64,000 bases of DNA from Candidatus Omnitrophota bacterium (GCA_015233115.1 JADFYJ010000001.1:3084-67083), one strand, 5' to 3'; positions 20,526-31,784 are shown, counted from the stretch's first letter. The notes: a model not told the origin generated them from the sequence alone. A program made the numbers and translations.

Positions 20526-21542
20526 ATGAACAAGCAAAGTATAACCAGTTTTTTAATGCCGTTCATTATCGGGTTGGCATTTATAACGTCGGCAGCTGCA
20601 GAAAATAAAGTAACATTATTGAATGTATCGTATGATCCGACACGGGAATTATATCAGGCGTTTAACCAGTCGTTCGCACAGAATTGGCTCAAACTAACTG
20701 GCACTGTTGTAGAGGTTAATCAATCCCATGGGGGAAGCGGTAAACAAGCGCGCGCAGTTATTGATGGACTTGAGGCGGATGTCGTGACTTTGGCTTTGGC
20801 CTATGACATTGATTCGATCGCGAATTTAACCAATCTCATTCCGAAAACCTGGCAAAAAAGACTCCCTAATGCCAGCGCGCCTTACACGTCGACCATTGTG
20901 TTTCTGGTACGCAAAGGGAATCCTCGTAATATCAAAGATTGGGATGATTTGGTGAAACCCGGTGTCAGCGTGATCATGCCCAATCCTAAGACCTCAGGAG
21001 GAGCACGGTGGAATTATCTTGCTGCTTGGGGTTATGCGCTTAAAAAGTGGAATAATGATGAAAATAAAGCTAAAGATTTTGTAGCCGCTCTTTATAAAAA
21101 TGTCCCGGTTCTTGATTCAGGCGCGCGTGGTTCCACAACAACGTTCGTAGAACGAAAAATCGGGGATGTGCTGATTGCTTGGGAGAATGAAGCTTATTTG
21201 GTTGCGAATCAGACGGGTAAAGGTGAGTTTGAAATTGTTATGCCGTCTTTAAGTATTTTGGCAGAACCGTCGGTTACTTTGGTCGATGGTGATGCGGATC
21301 GTCATGGAACGCGTAAAGTTGCGCAGGCGTATTTAGAGTATTTATATTCAGCGGAAGGCCAGGAAATTGCGGCAAAAAATTATTACCGGCCGCGTATGGA
21401 ATCCGTGATGGCGAAATACGCGTCTCAATTTCAAAAAGTAGAATTGTTTACTATTGATGATGTCTTTAATGGGTGGAAAGCTGCCCAAGCAAAGCATTTC
21501 GCGGATAAAGGAATTTTTGATCAGATTTTTCAAGTAAAATAA
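20526..21542 (+). CDS. sbp: sulfate/thiosulfate ABC transporter substrate-binding protein
   Basis: signal peptide; Sbp/CysP family conserved blocks ([28 protein letters not shown]); followed by cysTWA. Confidence 0.85.
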   Translation: MNKQSITSFLMPFIIGLAFITSAAAENKVTLLNVSYDPTRELYQAFNQSFAQNWLKLTGTVVEVNQSHGGSGKQARAVIDGLEADVVTLALAYDIDSIANLTNLIPKTWQKRLPNASAPYTSTIVFLVRKGNPRNIKDWDDLVKPGVSVIMPNPKTSGGARWNYLAAWGYALKKWNNDENKAKDFVAALYKNVPVLDSGARGSTTTFVERKIGDVLIAWENEAYLVANQTGKGEFEIVMPSLSILAEPSVTLVDGDADRHGTRKVAQAYLEYLYSAEGQEIAAKNYYRPRMESVMAKYASQFQKVELFTIDDVFNGWKAAQAKHFADKGIFDQIFQVK

Positions 21543-21775
21543 ACAAGGTCACAACGTCACAAAGTCACAAGGTCACAAAGGTCAATTTTGAAAAATATTG
21601 AAAAACGAATTATGTTTGTTATTAAATGTTTTAGATAAAAAATTAGCGTGTTGATTTATTGATCTTATTTTGATTATTTTTAATTTTTTTGTTACGTTTT
21701 GTTTTTTATATTTATTCCCTTGGTGACTTTGTGACTCTATGTGCAACCTTGAGTGTGCCTTGTGACCTAAAAGGA
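21543..21775. repeat. GTCAC octamer-array cassette (inverted arrays bracketing an AT-rich spacer)
   Basis: gtcacaacgtcacaaagtcacaaggtcacaaagg after the sbp stop; cccttggtgactttgtgactctatgtgc...ccttgtgacc before cysT. Confidence 0.7.
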
Positions 21776-21782
21776 TTTTTAT

Positions 21783-22619
21783 ATGCATGAGCCGTTTGTT
21801 AAAAAAAGTATTTTACCGGGATTTTCTTTATCTTTGGGGTTTACGATTTTTTATCTAAGCCTTATTGTCTTGATTCCATTGTCTATGCTTTTTTTAAAAA
21901 CATCGTCATTAAGTTTTAAAGGATTTATTGATGTGATCATGGACCCGCGGACTTTAGCTGCTTATCGTCTGAGTTTTGGAACCGCGTTCGTGAGCGCTGG
22001 CATAAATGCGGTATTTGGTTTTATAGTGGCGTGGGTTTTGGTCCGGTATACTTTTCCGGGTAAACGGATTGTGGATGCTTTGGTGGATTTTCCATTGGCT
22101 CTGCCGACGGCGGTAGCGGGGATAGCGTTAACGGAGCTTTATACTCCGACCGGCTGGGTAGGGCAATATTTAAATGTGTGGGGTATTAAAGGCGCGTTTA
22201 GCCCCTTTGGAATTACCATTGCTTTAACATTTATTGGTTTGCCTTTTGTGGTACGGACCATTCAGCCGGTTCTGGAGGACTTGGATCCGCAGATTGAAGA
22301 GGCCGCCGCGTCGTTAGGGGCTAACCGCTGGCAGACCTTAACGACGGTGATTCTTCCAATCATTTTTCCGGCCTTATTGGCTGGCGTTACTTTGGCTTTA
22401 GCCAGAGCGATTGGAGAATATGGTTCAGTTATTTTTATTGCTGGTAATATGCCGATGAAAACGGAAATTGCGCCTTTGTTGATTATGACAAAATTAGAAC
22501 AATATGATTATGCGGGAGCCACCGCGATCGCGATTGGCATGCTGTTGATTTCATTTTTACTTTTAGCCATGGCGAATTTTTTTCAGTGGAAGACATCAAA
22601 GAATTTAGGAAAAGCGTAA
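21783..22619 (+). CDS. cysT: sulfate ABC transporter permease CysT
   Basis: ABC permease EAA-like loop (EEAAASLGANRWQT); 6 TM. Confidence 0.9.
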   Translation: MHEPFVKKSILPGFSLSLGFTIFYLSLIVLIPLSMLFLKTSSLSFKGFIDVIMDPRTLAAYRLSFGTAFVSAGINAVFGFIVAWVLVRYTFPGKRIVDALVDFPLALPTAVAGIALTELYTPTGWVGQYLNVWGIKGAFSPFGITIALTFIGLPFVVRTIQPVLEDLDPQIEEAAASLGANRWQTLTTVILPIIFPALLAGVTLALARAIGEYGSVIFIAGNMPMKTEIAPLLIMTKLEQYDYAGATAIAIGMLLISFLLLAMANFFQWKTSKNLGKA

Positions 22620-22621
22620 AG

Positions 22622-22700
22622 AAGGTTTTTGGTTTTTGGAAAAAGCGATTATTTTCAACAACCGATAACCAACAACCAACAACCATCAACCATCAACCGA
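22622..22700. repeat. GTTG/CAAC heptad element
   Basis: ggtttttggtttttggaaaaagcgatt...caacaaccgataaccaacaaccaacaaccatcaaccatcaacc upstream of cysW. Confidence 0.65.
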
Positions 22701-22713
22701 ATAACTATATATT

Positions 22714-23532
22714 ATGAGCGCACGAACTGAGCCAAAAATTATTCAGTACTTTTTGATATTTATCGCGCTGGCTTTTTTTGGGCTTTTTATTGTTTTACCT
22801 TTGGTGTGTGTGTTTCATAATGCTTTAGCTAAAGGCTGGGGTATTTATTTTAAGACCCTTCAGGACCGCGACGCAATAGCCGCCATGAAAATGACTGTGG
22901 TCACGGCTTTGATTGCGGTACCCTTGAATTTAATATTTGGCGTAGTGGCGTCGTGGGCAATTGCTAAATTTGATTTTAAAGGTAAAAATTTTCTTTTAAC
23001 GCTCATTGATTTGCCGCTTTCGGTTTCGCCCGTCATCGCCGGACTGATTTTTATTTTATTATTCGGCGCGCAGGGATTGTTAGGGCCATGGCTGATTGCG
23101 CATAATATTAGAATCATTTTTGCTATGCCCGCAGTTATTTTGGTCACCATTTTTGTCACCTTTCCCATTGTTGCCCGGGAATTGATTCCGATTATGAAAT
23201 CGCAGGGGAACGAGGAGGAAGAGGCAGCTATGACCTTGGGCGCAAGCGGTTGGAAAACATTTTGGTTGGTGTCAGTACCCAATATTCGCTGGGGTATTTT
23301 GTATGGGATCATTTTATGTAATGCCCGGGCCATGGGTGAGTTTGGCGCGGTGTCAGTCGTTTCCGGACATATCCGCGGCTTGACAAATACATTGCCGTTG
23401 CACGTTGAAATTTTGTATAACGAATATCAGTCCACAGCCGCTTTTGCCGCAGCGTCGATCTTAGCCCTGCTGGCTATTTTCACGCTGATAGCAAAGAGTA
23501 TTGTAGAGGTTGCTGTTCGAAGGGGAATATAA
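22714..23532 (+). CDS. cysW: sulfate ABC transporter permease CysW
   Basis: EEEAAMTLGASGWKTF EAA loop; 6 TM. Confidence 0.9.
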   Translation: MSARTEPKIIQYFLIFIALAFFGLFIVLPLVCVFHNALAKGWGIYFKTLQDRDAIAAMKMTVVTALIAVPLNLIFGVVASWAIAKFDFKGKNFLLTLIDLPLSVSPVIAGLIFILLFGAQGLLGPWLIAHNIRIIFAMPAVILVTIFVTFPIVARELIPIMKSQGNEEEEAAMTLGASGWKTFWLVSVPNIRWGILYGIILCNARAMGEFGAVSVVSGHIRGLTNTLPLHVEILYNEYQSTAAFAAASILALLAIFTLIAKSIVEVAVRRGI

Positions 23533-23666
23533 AAGTGGTAAAGGGGGTAAAGGGGGTAAAGGAAAAAGCGATTGCTGGAAAAGCGATTGGTGGAAGAAAA
23601 ATGATTAAGGGATAAGTATTGAGCTTTTTGTTTTGTTGTTTTAATTTTTAAAAATGATTGACGCTG

Positions 23667-23772
23667 TTGTAGGGGCGATCTCCTGATCGCCCGTTACAAA
23701 ATTGTCGCTTTTAGTTATGTTGTTAATTTTAAAAAACGATTGATGCGGGCGATCAGGAGATCGCCCCTACGA
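23667..23772. repeat. palindromic TIR element (copy B)
   Basis: gttgtaggggcgatctcctgatcgcccgttacaaaattgtcgc ... gcgggcgatcaggagatcgcccctacgac. Confidence 0.7.
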
Positions 23773-23804
23773 CCCTGCGAGCAGGTTTGATTTAGGACAA
23801 ATTT

Positions 23805-24875
23805 ATGAGCATTGAAGTCAAAAATATCCACAAACAATTCGGCAATTTTCAGGCTTTGGAGAATTTAAGTTTGAAAGTTGAATCTGGCGAGTTATTGGCT
23901 TTGCTGGGCCCATCGGGCTCTGGAAAGACCACGCTTTTACGTATTGTGGCCGGCCTTGACGCGGTCGATAAGGGGCAAGTGTTGTTTGGTGATCAAGATG
24001 CCCAGAATCAAAAAGCCCGGGAACGCGGCGTCGGATTTGTTTTTCAGCATTATGCCTTGTTTCGTAATATGACTGTTTTTGATAACATCGCGTTTGGTTT
24101 AAAAGTTCAGCCACGGCATCTACGGCCTTCTAAAGTTCAGATCCGTGAAAAAGTTATGGAATTATTAAATTTGGTCCAGCTTGAATGGCTGGCAGATCGT
24201 TATCCATGGCAATTGTCCGGCGGGCAGAGACAAAGAATCGCCTTGGCCAGAGCCTTGGCGGTTCGTCCCAAAGTTCTGCTTTTGGATGAGCCTTTTGGTT
24301 CGCTGGACGCGCAAGTGCGCAAAGAATTGCGGTTGTGGCTAAGACGTTTTCATGATGAATTTCACATTACGACTCTTTTTGTGACCCATGACCAGGAAGA
24401 GGCATTGGAAGTGGCTGACCGTATTGTGGTCATGAACAAAGGCCGCATTGAACAGATTGGCACGCCGGAAGAGGTGTATCATAATCCGGCCAATCCATTT
24501 GTGCTTAGTTTTTTGGGCAACGTGAACCTGTTTCATTGCCGGTTAGCCGAGGGAAAAGCCTTTATCGGTGATACAGCTTTGGATGTTCCGGGTTTGTCTG
24601 TTGATCATCCCAAAACCGCAAAACTATACGTTCGTCCGAATCAATTTAAAATTTCCCGCGGGCCGGGCAAAGGGGACGCTTTAAAAGCTGTCGTTGAGTA
24701 TGTTAATCCGGCGGGAACAGTGGTGAAGGTCAATTTGAAGACAGAAAACGGCGAGCGGATTTATGTGGAGATATCACAGGATGAATTTAATCAACTTCGG
24801 CTTATAAAATCACAGCAAGTATACGTGAGTTTAAAAGACGTCACGTATTCGGAATATGTCCAAGACAGTATTTAA
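23805..24875 (+). CDS. cysA: sulfate/thiosulfate ABC transporter ATP-binding protein CysA
   Basis: Walker [18 protein letters not shown] signature, Walker B LLLDEPF, C-terminal TOBE domain. Confidence 0.9.
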   Translation: MSIEVKNIHKQFGNFQALENLSLKVESGELLALLGPSGSGKTTLLRIVAGLDAVDKGQVLFGDQDAQNQKARERGVGFVFQHYALFRNMTVFDNIAFGLKVQPRHLRPSKVQIREKVMELLNLVQLEWLADRYPWQLSGGQRQRIALARALAVRPKVLLLDEPFGSLDAQVRKELRLWLRRFHDEFHITTLFVTHDQEEALEVADRIVVMNKGRIEQIGTPEEVYHNPANPFVLSFLGNVNLFHCRLAEGKAFIGDTALDVPGLSVDHPKTAKLYVRPNQFKISRGPGKGDALKAVVEYVNPAGTVVKVNLKTENGERIYVEISQDEFNQLRLIKSQQVYVSLKDVTYSEYVQDSI

Positions 24876-26772
24876 AAATATTTTAGGCATTTTGATTCTT
24901 TTAGGAACCACTTATTCGCTTTTTTGTGGTTCCTATTTTCATATTTTTGAAAAGCTTGAATTGGATACTCTGGATATGCGCTTTCGTCTGCGCCCCGCCA
25001 TAGCGAAGACGGACAAAGTAGTTATTATTGAAATTGACAATGATACGATTAAAAAACTAGGCCGGTTCCCGATTGACCGGAGTTATCACGCGAGGCTGAT
25101 TAACGCTCTTTCTAAATTTGGCGCCAAAGCTGTGGTGTTTGATATATTTTTCAGCGAGCCGCAGAAAAGTGACAGTGAATTAAGAGAAGCCATGCGTTCG
25201 GCTGGCAATGTGTATCTGCCGTATGTATTTGAAGTTAATGATAAATTTGAACAGAAAATAATGGTAGCTGATAAATATTCAGCACAAAATTTAGAACCAT
25301 TATCGAGTGTGGCGAAAGGAACAGGATTTATCAATGTTTTGCCTGATCCGGATGGTAAATTTCGCAGAGCGCCATTGTATATCCGTTATAAGGATAGTTT
25401 GTATCCATCATCCGCGTTTTTGGCAGCGTCTGATTTTCTCGGCATTGACCCGGCTAATCGTTATATGATGCCAGGTGAATATTTGGCTTATGATACGTCG
25501 AACAAAATCCCCTTGGATGAAAATTCTAATATTATTATCAATTATTCGGGTAAATGGGCGCAGTCATTTCCGCATTATTCTTACGGAGAGATATTGGAAT
25601 CATATAAAGACCGGTATTCGGGGGAGAAGCCGCCATTAGATCTTAATATTTTTAAAGGCAAAGTGTGCTGGGTGGGGTATACGGCTGATGGAACAACCGA
25701 TTTGCATCCGACGCCGCTTGAGTCACTTTATCCCGCGGTCGGCATTCACGCGGAAATTTTTAATTCTTTATTAACTAAAAATTTTATTACCCGCGCGACC
25801 AAAGTGCAGAATTTGTGGGTGCTGTTTGTTTTGTTCTTTGTTGTTTTTGTTTCATCCGTAACAGCCGCGCCGCTTAGGGCATTTGTGATTCTTTTGGAGG
25901 TCAATGCGGTTTTTATTGGCGTGAGTGTTGTATTGTTTGATCTAAAAGGCTTCTGGATCGACACGTTTTATCCTTTGGTGATCACCAGTTTGGTTTATCT
26001 TTTTTGCACGGTATTTCGTTACATGGCGCAATTTAAAGAACGTGTCATTCTCGAAAATGAGTTAAAGATCGCCAAGCAGATTCAAGAAAGTTTTTTACCG
26101 GAAAATTTACCGGAGATCGATGGGTTTGATACAGCGGTCACCATGATTACGGCGCGGCAAGTGGGCGGCGATCTTTATGATGTCCTTAAATTTGATAATG
26201 AAAAAGTCGGCGTTATGATTGGTGATGTCACGGGCAAAGGAATTCCGGCCAGCCTTTTTATGGCTATGGCAGCCAGCTCATTTAAATTTTATGCTTTGCC
26301 GGAGGTCAGCCCGGAAAAAACCTTATTAAATCTGAATGAGAAAATTATTCGTGATTTTTCTTCCAATCGTTTTGTGACTGTGTTTTACTCAATTTTTGAT
26401 CTGAAGAACAAAAATATGCTGTTCGCCAACGGCGGTCATTTACCTGTATTATATTTCGCGGCCGGTCAAAAACCTGTTTCGCTCGATGTGGAACAAGGCA
26501 TGCCGTTGGGGATGATGAAAGGGGCGTATACAAATAAAAAGATAAAATTTGACCAGGGGGACATATTTATTTATTATACGGACGGCATTACGGAAGCCAT
26601 GAACGCGAAATCCGTTCAATATGGCCTGGAAAGGTTGATTTCCGTCATTGAGATTAACCGCCACTTACCCGCGCTTGATATTTGCGCGGCAGTAGAAAGT
26701 GATGTGCTGGGTTTCCGGTCTAAACGTAAACAACAAGACGATGTGACTTTAATCGTCATTAAAATCAATTAG
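24856..26772 (+). CDS. CHASE2 sensor domain + PP2C/SpoIIE serine phosphatase
   Basis: periplasmic CHASE2-like N-terminal region, TM cluster, C-terminal PP2C motifs (GGDLYD, GDVTGKG, DGITEA, DDVTLIV). Confidence 0.8.
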   Translation: MSKTVFKNILGILILLGTTYSLFCGSYFHIFEKLELDTLDMRFRLRPAIAKTDKVVIIEIDNDTIKKLGRFPIDRSYHARLINALSKFGAKAVVFDIFFSEPQKSDSELREAMRSAGNVYLPYVFEVNDKFEQKIMVADKYSAQNLEPLSSVAKGTGFINVLPDPDGKFRRAPLYIRYKDSLYPSSAFLAASDFLGIDPANRYMMPGEYLAYDTSNKIPLDENSNIIINYSGKWAQSFPHYSYGEILESYKDRYSGEKPPLDLNIFKGKVCWVGYTADGTTDLHPTPLESLYPAVGIHAEIFNSLLTKNFITRATKVQNLWVLFVLFFVVFVSSVTAAPLRAFVILLEVNAVFIGVSVVLFDLKGFWIDTFYPLVITSLVYLFCTVFRYMAQFKERVILENELKIAKQIQESFLPENLPEIDGFDTAVTMITARQVGGDLYDVLKFDNEKVGVMIGDVTGKGIPASLFMAMAASSFKFYALPEVSPEKTLLNLNEKIIRDFSSNRFVTVFYSIFDLKNKNMLFANGGHLPVLYFAAGQKPVSLDVEQGMPLGMMKGAYTNKKIKFDQGDIFIYYTDGITEAMNAKSVQYGLERLISVIEINRHLPALDICAAVESDVLGFRSKRKQQDDVTLIVIKIN

Positions 26773-26784
26773 GAATATTAAAAT

Positions 26785-27198
26785 ATGATAATATTCGATC
26801 AAACTATTCCCTCAGATATGTCAGGGGTTACAGAATTTGTTTCCGCTGTCTTTGAAAAATTATCATTTCTGTCTTTTGATGAACCGACCGTGTTTAATTT
26901 AAAGCTTTGCTTGCATGAAGCGGTCGTAAATGCCATTAAGCATGGGAATAAATTAAATAGCAAATTGCGGGTTCGTGTTATAATCAAAAATGAAGAGAAT
27001 AAATTAATATTCGAAGTTGACGACCAAGGGGAAGGTTTTGATCCTCAGTCCATTCCAGATCCTACCGCGGAAGAAAATATTTTAAAGTGCAGCGGGCGGG
27101 GAGTTTTTTTAATTAAAAATATCATGGATGATGTGCAATTCCAAAATAATGGAAAAACTATAAAAATGGTTAAGCTGTTAAAAAAGGAGGAAGGTTAA
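26785..27198 (+). CDS. anti-sigma regulatory factor / Ser kinase (RsbW-like, HATPase_c)
   Basis: HEAVVNAIKHGN (N-box) and DQGEGFD (G1); partner-switch neighbourhood. Confidence 0.7.
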   Translation: MIIFDQTIPSDMSGVTEFVSAVFEKLSFLSFDEPTVFNLKLCLHEAVVNAIKHGNKLNSKLRVRVIIKNEENKLIFEVDDQGEGFDPQSIPDPTAEENILKCSGRGVFLIKNIMDDVQFQNNGKTIKMVKLLKKEEG

Positions 27199-27199
27199 C

Positions 27200-27532
27200 G
27201 TGGACATTAAACTTGACAACATAAACGGTGTTGCGATTGTCACAGTAGGAGGCAACATCAATATGGATAATTGTAATGAACTCAGAGACGCTTTCAAAAA
27301 AGTGCTCAAAGACGGCAAGACTAAAGTTTTGATTGATTTGGCTAAAGTGGTATTTATTGATAGTTCCGGCATTGCTTCGTTAATTGAAATGTTTCAAAAT
27401 TTAGAAAAAGTTGGCGGTAAAATGCGTTTATGCCATGTGAATAAGAATATTATTGGATTATTTGAGATCACCAAAGTGCATAAGCTGTTCGGTATTTTTG
27501 AGAATCGTGAAGAAGCCCTTAAGGAGTTTTAA
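27200..27532 (+). CDS. anti-sigma factor antagonist (STAS domain)
   Basis: GTG start with AAGGAGG RBS; STAS fold with conserved phosphorylatable Ser in FIDSSG. Confidence 0.8.
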   Translation: MDIKLDNINGVAIVTVGGNINMDNCNELRDAFKKVLKDGKTKVLIDLAKVVFIDSSGIASLIEMFQNLEKVGGKMRLCHVNKNIIGLFEITKVHKLFGIFENREEALKEF

Positions 27533-27534
27533 TA

Positions 27535-28305
27535 ATGGCAGAAGATATTACCGCCATAGAGCAAAAAGCTCATATATTGATTGGTGAACATAAGTATCAA
27601 GAAGCGGGTGATCTGTATTATCAAGCCGCTAAAGTTCTTCAAAAAGAAGAAAAACACAGCCGGGCCGCGATTTGTTTAGCTGCTTCGGCCAGTAGTTTAG
27701 CGCTCATATTTGGAGAACGGACATTTCACCGGATTGCCTCACTTTATGAAGAAGCTGCGGAAGAAGCGGAAACTTCGCGCGATTTCGAATATTCATCTAT
27801 GTTGTATAAACATGCCGCTATTGCGTATGAACGGGATCATGATAATAATGCGTTTTCAGAATGTTTTTATAAATCCAAAGAAGCTTACCGGAAGTTCTTA
27901 GTGTTTGATCTTTTTCAGACTCAAAAAAAAGATGATAATGTGGAAATTAAATTTAATCTCAAAATTATTAAACGCCGGATTTTGCCTTTGTTTTCGGTGA
28001 CTTTTTCATCACTTTTGTGGGGTCATGGTGAACGACCGCATCGTACCGTAGCGTTTGGTTTCGTGTTGATTTTATTATGCGCGATTTTTTATACACATGG
28101 TCATTTTTATAAGATTGACGCGGTCATTCATCCTAATTTATTTCAGGCTACGTATTTTAGTTTTACGAATTTCACTAAAGTTGGCGCCGAGAGCGTAACT
28201 CCCATTGGGTTGAATAAAGTAGTGGCGGTTATTGAGGCTTTTAGCGGACTTTTCATCATCCCCTTATTTCTTACTGGTCTTTGCCGAAAGTATTTAAGGT
28301 TTTAA
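27535..28305 (+). CDS. soluble helical N-domain fused to a 2-TM pore-loop ion-channel-like domain
   Basis: C-terminal TM1, pore-helix-like YFSFTNFTKVGAESVTP, TM2; no K+ selectivity GYG. Confidence 0.45.
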   Translation: MAEDITAIEQKAHILIGEHKYQEAGDLYYQAAKVLQKEEKHSRAAICLAASASSLALIFGERTFHRIASLYEEAAEEAETSRDFEYSSMLYKHAAIAYERDHDNNAFSECFYKSKEAYRKFLVFDLFQTQKKDDNVEIKFNLKIIKRRILPLFSVTFSSLLWGHGERPHRTVAFGFVLILLCAIFYTHGHFYKIDAVIHPNLFQATYFSFTNFTKVGAESVTPIGLNKVVAVIEAFSGLFIIPLFLTGLCRKYLRF

Positions 28306-28315
28306 ATAATATATT

Positions 28316-28430
28316 ATGTGGTTTTTGGTTTTTGGATGTTGGTTTTTGGTTGTTGAGAAAAATCGCTTTTTCCTAAAACTAAAAACTCTCAACCATTAAC
28401 GGTGAAACCAACGATTTCAACAATTTCAAC
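28316..28430. repeat. GTTG/CAAC heptad element
   Basis: gtggtttttggtttttggatgttggtttttggttgttgagaaaaatcgctttttcctaaaactaaaaactctcaaccattaacggtgaaaccaacg. Confidence 0.65.
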
Positions 28431-28453
28431 ATTTATGAAAAACAGATTTAAAA

Positions 28454-28572
28454 CGCGCGCGGTAGGGCGGGTTGCATTTAAACCAAATCATTCGCTCAAA
28501 CAGCAGCTCCTAAGCGGAGCTGAACTCGCTCGGTGATTCGGTTTCAACGCTAACCTTGGAATTGGGCACGCG
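28454..28572 (+). repeat. R1 structured element, copy 2
   Basis: cgcgcggtagggcgggttgcatttaaaccaaatcattcgctcaaacagcagctcctaagcggagctgaactcgctcggtgattcggtttcaacgctaacc...gggcacgcgc. Confidence 0.8.
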
Positions 28573-28592
28573 CATATATGATTTAATCGCTT

Positions 28593-29603
28593 ATGAAAAA
28601 TTTATTTATAGTTTGTGGATTGTTGATTGCCATATTTTTATTGCCTTGCTGTGCTCACGCTAACGACCAGGTTTTCAAAGAATACTATGAAGTTCGCAAT
28701 TATTTTGGTACTGCTGTTTCTATTCATGCCTATTATGATCCCAAAATTGACATTGCCTCAGCGGTTCGGGAATGTTGGCAAAAGGCTGATCAAATTCAAT
28801 ATAATATGAATATTTATGATGAGAAAAATCAGGGGGACCTTAATCGGCTGAATAAATCAGGACTTAATGGCGTTCAAGTGAGTGATGATGTTTTTACCAT
28901 ATTTAAACATTCGCTTGAATTTTCACGACTGACTGGTGGAGCGTTTGATGTGACTGTATTACCTTTGATCAAATTGTGGAAAAAATGCGCAAAAGAAGGG
29001 CATCTTCCAGATCGAAAAATATTAGAACAGGCTAAAGCGAAAGTTGGCTGGCAGAATATTCGTCTTAAAGAACCGAATATGGTTTTTTTGATGAAACAAG
29101 GCATGATGGTGGATTTTGGTTCGCCTTCATCCGGATATTTTTGCGATGCTTTAGCCAAAATATTGGAACAACATAATATTCATGATTTTTTAGTTGATGG
29201 CGGAGGGGAATTGTATTACAAGGGGAAAGAAAAAGGAATCATTCCCTGGCGAGTAGGCATTGAAGATCCCTTTCAAAAAGATAAAATTTTGGCTGTTATA
29301 GAATTACGGGATAGGGGGGTATCAACTTCAGGAAATTACGAGAAATTCGTGACCATTGAGGGGCAAAAATATTCGCACATTATTGATCCGGTCAGCGGTT
29401 ATCCCCAAAAAGACACAGTCAGCGTAACCGTGATCGCGGATACTGCGGAAACCGCCAATGAATTGTCTACTGGTTTATGTGTGATGGGCGGACAAAAAGG
29501 CATTGCGCTCATCCGTTCATTGAAAAATATTGAAGCATTGATTATAGAAAACAAGAATGGCATTATAACGCGCTACCAAACTGATGGCTTTTTACCAAAT
29601 TAA
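28593..29603 (+). CDS. apbE: FAD:protein FMN transferase ApbE (lipoprotein)
   Basis: lipoprotein signal (LLPCCA), ApbE conserved blocks (GGAFDVTV, STSGNYE..., HIIDP). Confidence 0.85.
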   Translation: MKNLFIVCGLLIAIFLLPCCAHANDQVFKEYYEVRNYFGTAVSIHAYYDPKIDIASAVRECWQKADQIQYNMNIYDEKNQGDLNRLNKSGLNGVQVSDDVFTIFKHSLEFSRLTGGAFDVTVLPLIKLWKKCAKEGHLPDRKILEQAKAKVGWQNIRLKEPNMVFLMKQGMMVDFGSPSSGYFCDALAKILEQHNIHDFLVDGGGELYYKGKEKGIIPWRVGIEDPFQKDKILAVIELRDRGVSTSGNYEKFVTIEGQKYSHIIDPVSGYPQKDTVSVTVIADTAETANELSTGLCVMGGQKGIALIRSLKNIEALIIENKNGIITRYQTDGFLPN

Positions 29604-29707
29604 TTTCAACAATTTTAACAATTAGCCTCAAAAATACTCCTTGACATAGATAATCCGGTTGATATAATTTACGAACAATTTAAACTTGTTATTTTAGAAA
29701 GAGATAG

Positions 29708-30067
29708 ATGATATCTGAGTATTTAACAACTTCACAAACGGCCAGACTTTTTCATGTCACCCGATTTACTGTTCTTAACTGGATTAAACAGCAAAAATTA
29801 CAGGCTGTTTCAACTTTGGGCGGACACCAAAGAATACCTCAAAAAGCTATTGAAGACCTTCTCAAGCAAAAACAACAGGGATCCAAAATACCTGTTCAAG
29901 CACATATTTCCAAACAAATTCCTGAAGTAAAAAAAACAGTTAAACCTATCAGCACAGGCAGACCAGCACAAGCTAAAGCAGCTGAATTTGCTCGTGTTAT
30001 GAGAAAAGGGTCTTTTATATCCGGGAAATTTATCGCGTCTATAAAAAGCGGATTTTCACTTTTATGA
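29708..30067 (+). CDS. excisionase/MerR-type HTH DNA-binding protein (MamR-like candidate)
   Basis: TTSQTARLFHVTRFTVLNWIKQQKL...GGHQRIP = HTH_17-type helix; paralog of the 56528 ORF (SVTRFSVINWVKKGIL..PGGHRRI). Confidence 0.55.
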   Translation: MISEYLTTSQTARLFHVTRFTVLNWIKQQKLQAVSTLGGHQRIPQKAIEDLLKQKQQGSKIPVQAHISKQIPEVKKTVKPISTGRPAQAKAAEFARVMRKGSFISGKFIASIKSGFSLL

Positions 30068-30074
30068 AGTAAAA

Positions 30075-30150
30075 ATTTTATGGTTTTTAGTTGTTGGTTG
30101 TTGAATGTAATCGCTTTTTCCAAAAACCATGAACCATCAACGATTCAAAT
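30075..30150. repeat. GTTG/CAAC heptad element
   Basis: ggtttttagttgttggttgttgaatgtaatcgctttttccaaaaaccatgaaccatcaacg. Confidence 0.65.
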
Positions 30151-30156
30151 TTATTT

Positions 30157-31470
30157 ATGAAACAATCTGATAAAATTGAAGTTATCGTGGTAGGAGCAGG
30201 GCCATCAGGCTTGGCTTGTGCTTATACTTTAGCCAAAGCGGGTGTGGAGGTTCTTGTTTTAGAGCGAGGTGAATATCCGGGCGCCAAAAATATGTTTGGC
30301 GGGATATTTTTTTCTAGTATCATGGAAAAATTTTTTCCGAATTTTTTAGAAGATGCTCCTTGGGAACGTTTTGTGGGGAAAAGAAAATTTGCTCTTTTGA
30401 CAGGTGACAGTGAGATGACGTTTGAAATGAGCCCGAGTTCGTTTAACCGATCGCCGTTCAACCATTCATTCATTGCGCGCCGCGGGCAGATGGATCAGTG
30501 GTTTGCTAAGAAGGTTGAAGAAGCGGGCGGAAATATTATCCCAAATTATTGCGTGCGGGATTTTTTGTATGAAAAAGGTAAAGTCGTAGGTATTACCAGC
30601 GGCGGAGATGATGACAGTTTTTTGGCGGATTGCATTGTGTGTTCAGAAGGCGCGAATTCGCTTTTAACGGAACGGGCAGGATTACGTGAAAAGATCGGTC
30701 CTGAATATCGTTCGATCGCGGTGAAAGAAAATATCCGTTTCTCGCAGAGTGTTCTGGAAGACCGTTTTGGAGTGACCGGACAGCAAGGGGCGGCATATGA
30801 GTATTTTGGTTCATCAGTTAAAGGGCTTTTAGGCAATGGCTTTATTTACACAAATAAAGACAGTCTTTCAGTCGGCGTAGGATTTTCATTGAGTGATTTT
30901 ATTAAAAGCGGTAATAAAAAAACACCTCATGATATTTTAGAAGAATTCAAGTCTCACCCATCTATAGCGCCTTTAGTGCGCGGCGGTGAAACTGTTGAAT
31001 ACATGGCGCATATGATTCCGTCAGATGGATACAACCGGTTACCTAAATTTTACCGTGACGGATTGCTGATTACCGGTGATGCGGCAGGATTATTGAATAC
31101 TTCGTTTTTTCATGAAGGAGTGAATTTGGCCATGCAGTCGGGTATTTTGGCAGCGGAAACAATTATCGAGGCTCGGGCCAAAAAGAATTATTCGTCAGAA
31201 AATTTATCCAAGTACGAAGAGAAGTTGAATGCGAGTTTTATTTTACAGGATTTAAAAAATTGTAAAAATTTCTTAAGTTTCCTGACCACTCATAAAGCGA
31301 TTATTAATGAATATCCCGCTCTTATGAATGATATTTTGGTCGAATATTTTACTGTTTCTGAAAAGCCAAAGACGACGATCAAAAAAGAAATTTTTAACCG
31401 GATCCGGAAGAATGTGAATATACCCCGGATGGCGAGTGATATGTGGGGAGCATGGAGGAATTTAGTATGA
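30157..31470 (+). CDS. fixC: electron-transfer-flavoprotein:quinone oxidoreductase FixC family (FAD-dependent)
   Basis: VIVVGAGPSGLACAY dinucleotide fold, ERGEYPGAKN, conserved FixC blocks; followed by the ferredoxin-like FixX. Confidence 0.8.
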   Translation: MKQSDKIEVIVVGAGPSGLACAYTLAKAGVEVLVLERGEYPGAKNMFGGIFFSSIMEKFFPNFLEDAPWERFVGKRKFALLTGDSEMTFEMSPSSFNRSPFNHSFIARRGQMDQWFAKKVEEAGGNIIPNYCVRDFLYEKGKVVGITSGGDDDSFLADCIVCSEGANSLLTERAGLREKIGPEYRSIAVKENIRFSQSVLEDRFGVTGQQGAAYEYFGSSVKGLLGNGFIYTNKDSLSVGVGFSLSDFIKSGNKKTPHDILEEFKSHPSIAPLVRGGETVEYMAHMIPSDGYNRLPKFYRDGLLITGDAAGLLNTSFFHEGVNLAMQSGILAAETIIEARAKKNYSSENLSKYEEKLNASFILQDLKNCKNFLSFLTTHKAIINEYPALMNDILVEYFTVSEKPKTTIKKEIFNRIRKNVNIPRMASDMWGAWRNLV

Positions 31471-31784
31471 CACCGGAAACAATCATCCACGCTGCTCCTC
31501 ATGGAAAGAAAAAATTGACATTGGAAGATAAGCTTTATTTGGTTAAAACCAAAAAAGATAACATCAGCCATATTACGATTGAACATAAAAAGTGCACGCG
31601 GTGTCAGAATAAAGTTTGTTTGCGGGTGTGTCCGGCGAATACCTATGAAGAACGCGACGGAAAAATTGAAGCTGCTTATGAAAATTGTTTGGAATGCGGC
31701 AGTTGTAAAGTAGCATGTCCTGAAGGCGCAATTAAATGGGAAAATCCCCGCGGAGGTTTTGGGGTGACATTTTTGAATGGATGA
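31467..31784 (+). CDS. fixX: ferredoxin-like protein FixX
   Basis: CTRCQNKVCLRVCP ... CLECGSCKVACP ... WENPRGGFGV; start set to the ATG at 31467 behind a GGAGG RBS. Confidence 0.75.
   Translation: MTPETIIHAAPHGKKKLTLEDKLYLVKTKKDNISHITIEHKKCTRCQNKVCLRVCPANTYEERDGKIEAAYENCLECGSCKVACPEGAIKWENPRGGFGVTFLNG

Noticed and set aside
22860-23333. 157-aa minus-strand ORF inside cysW
   Set aside because: It lies entirely inside the well-supported cysW permease gene, with no independent signals.
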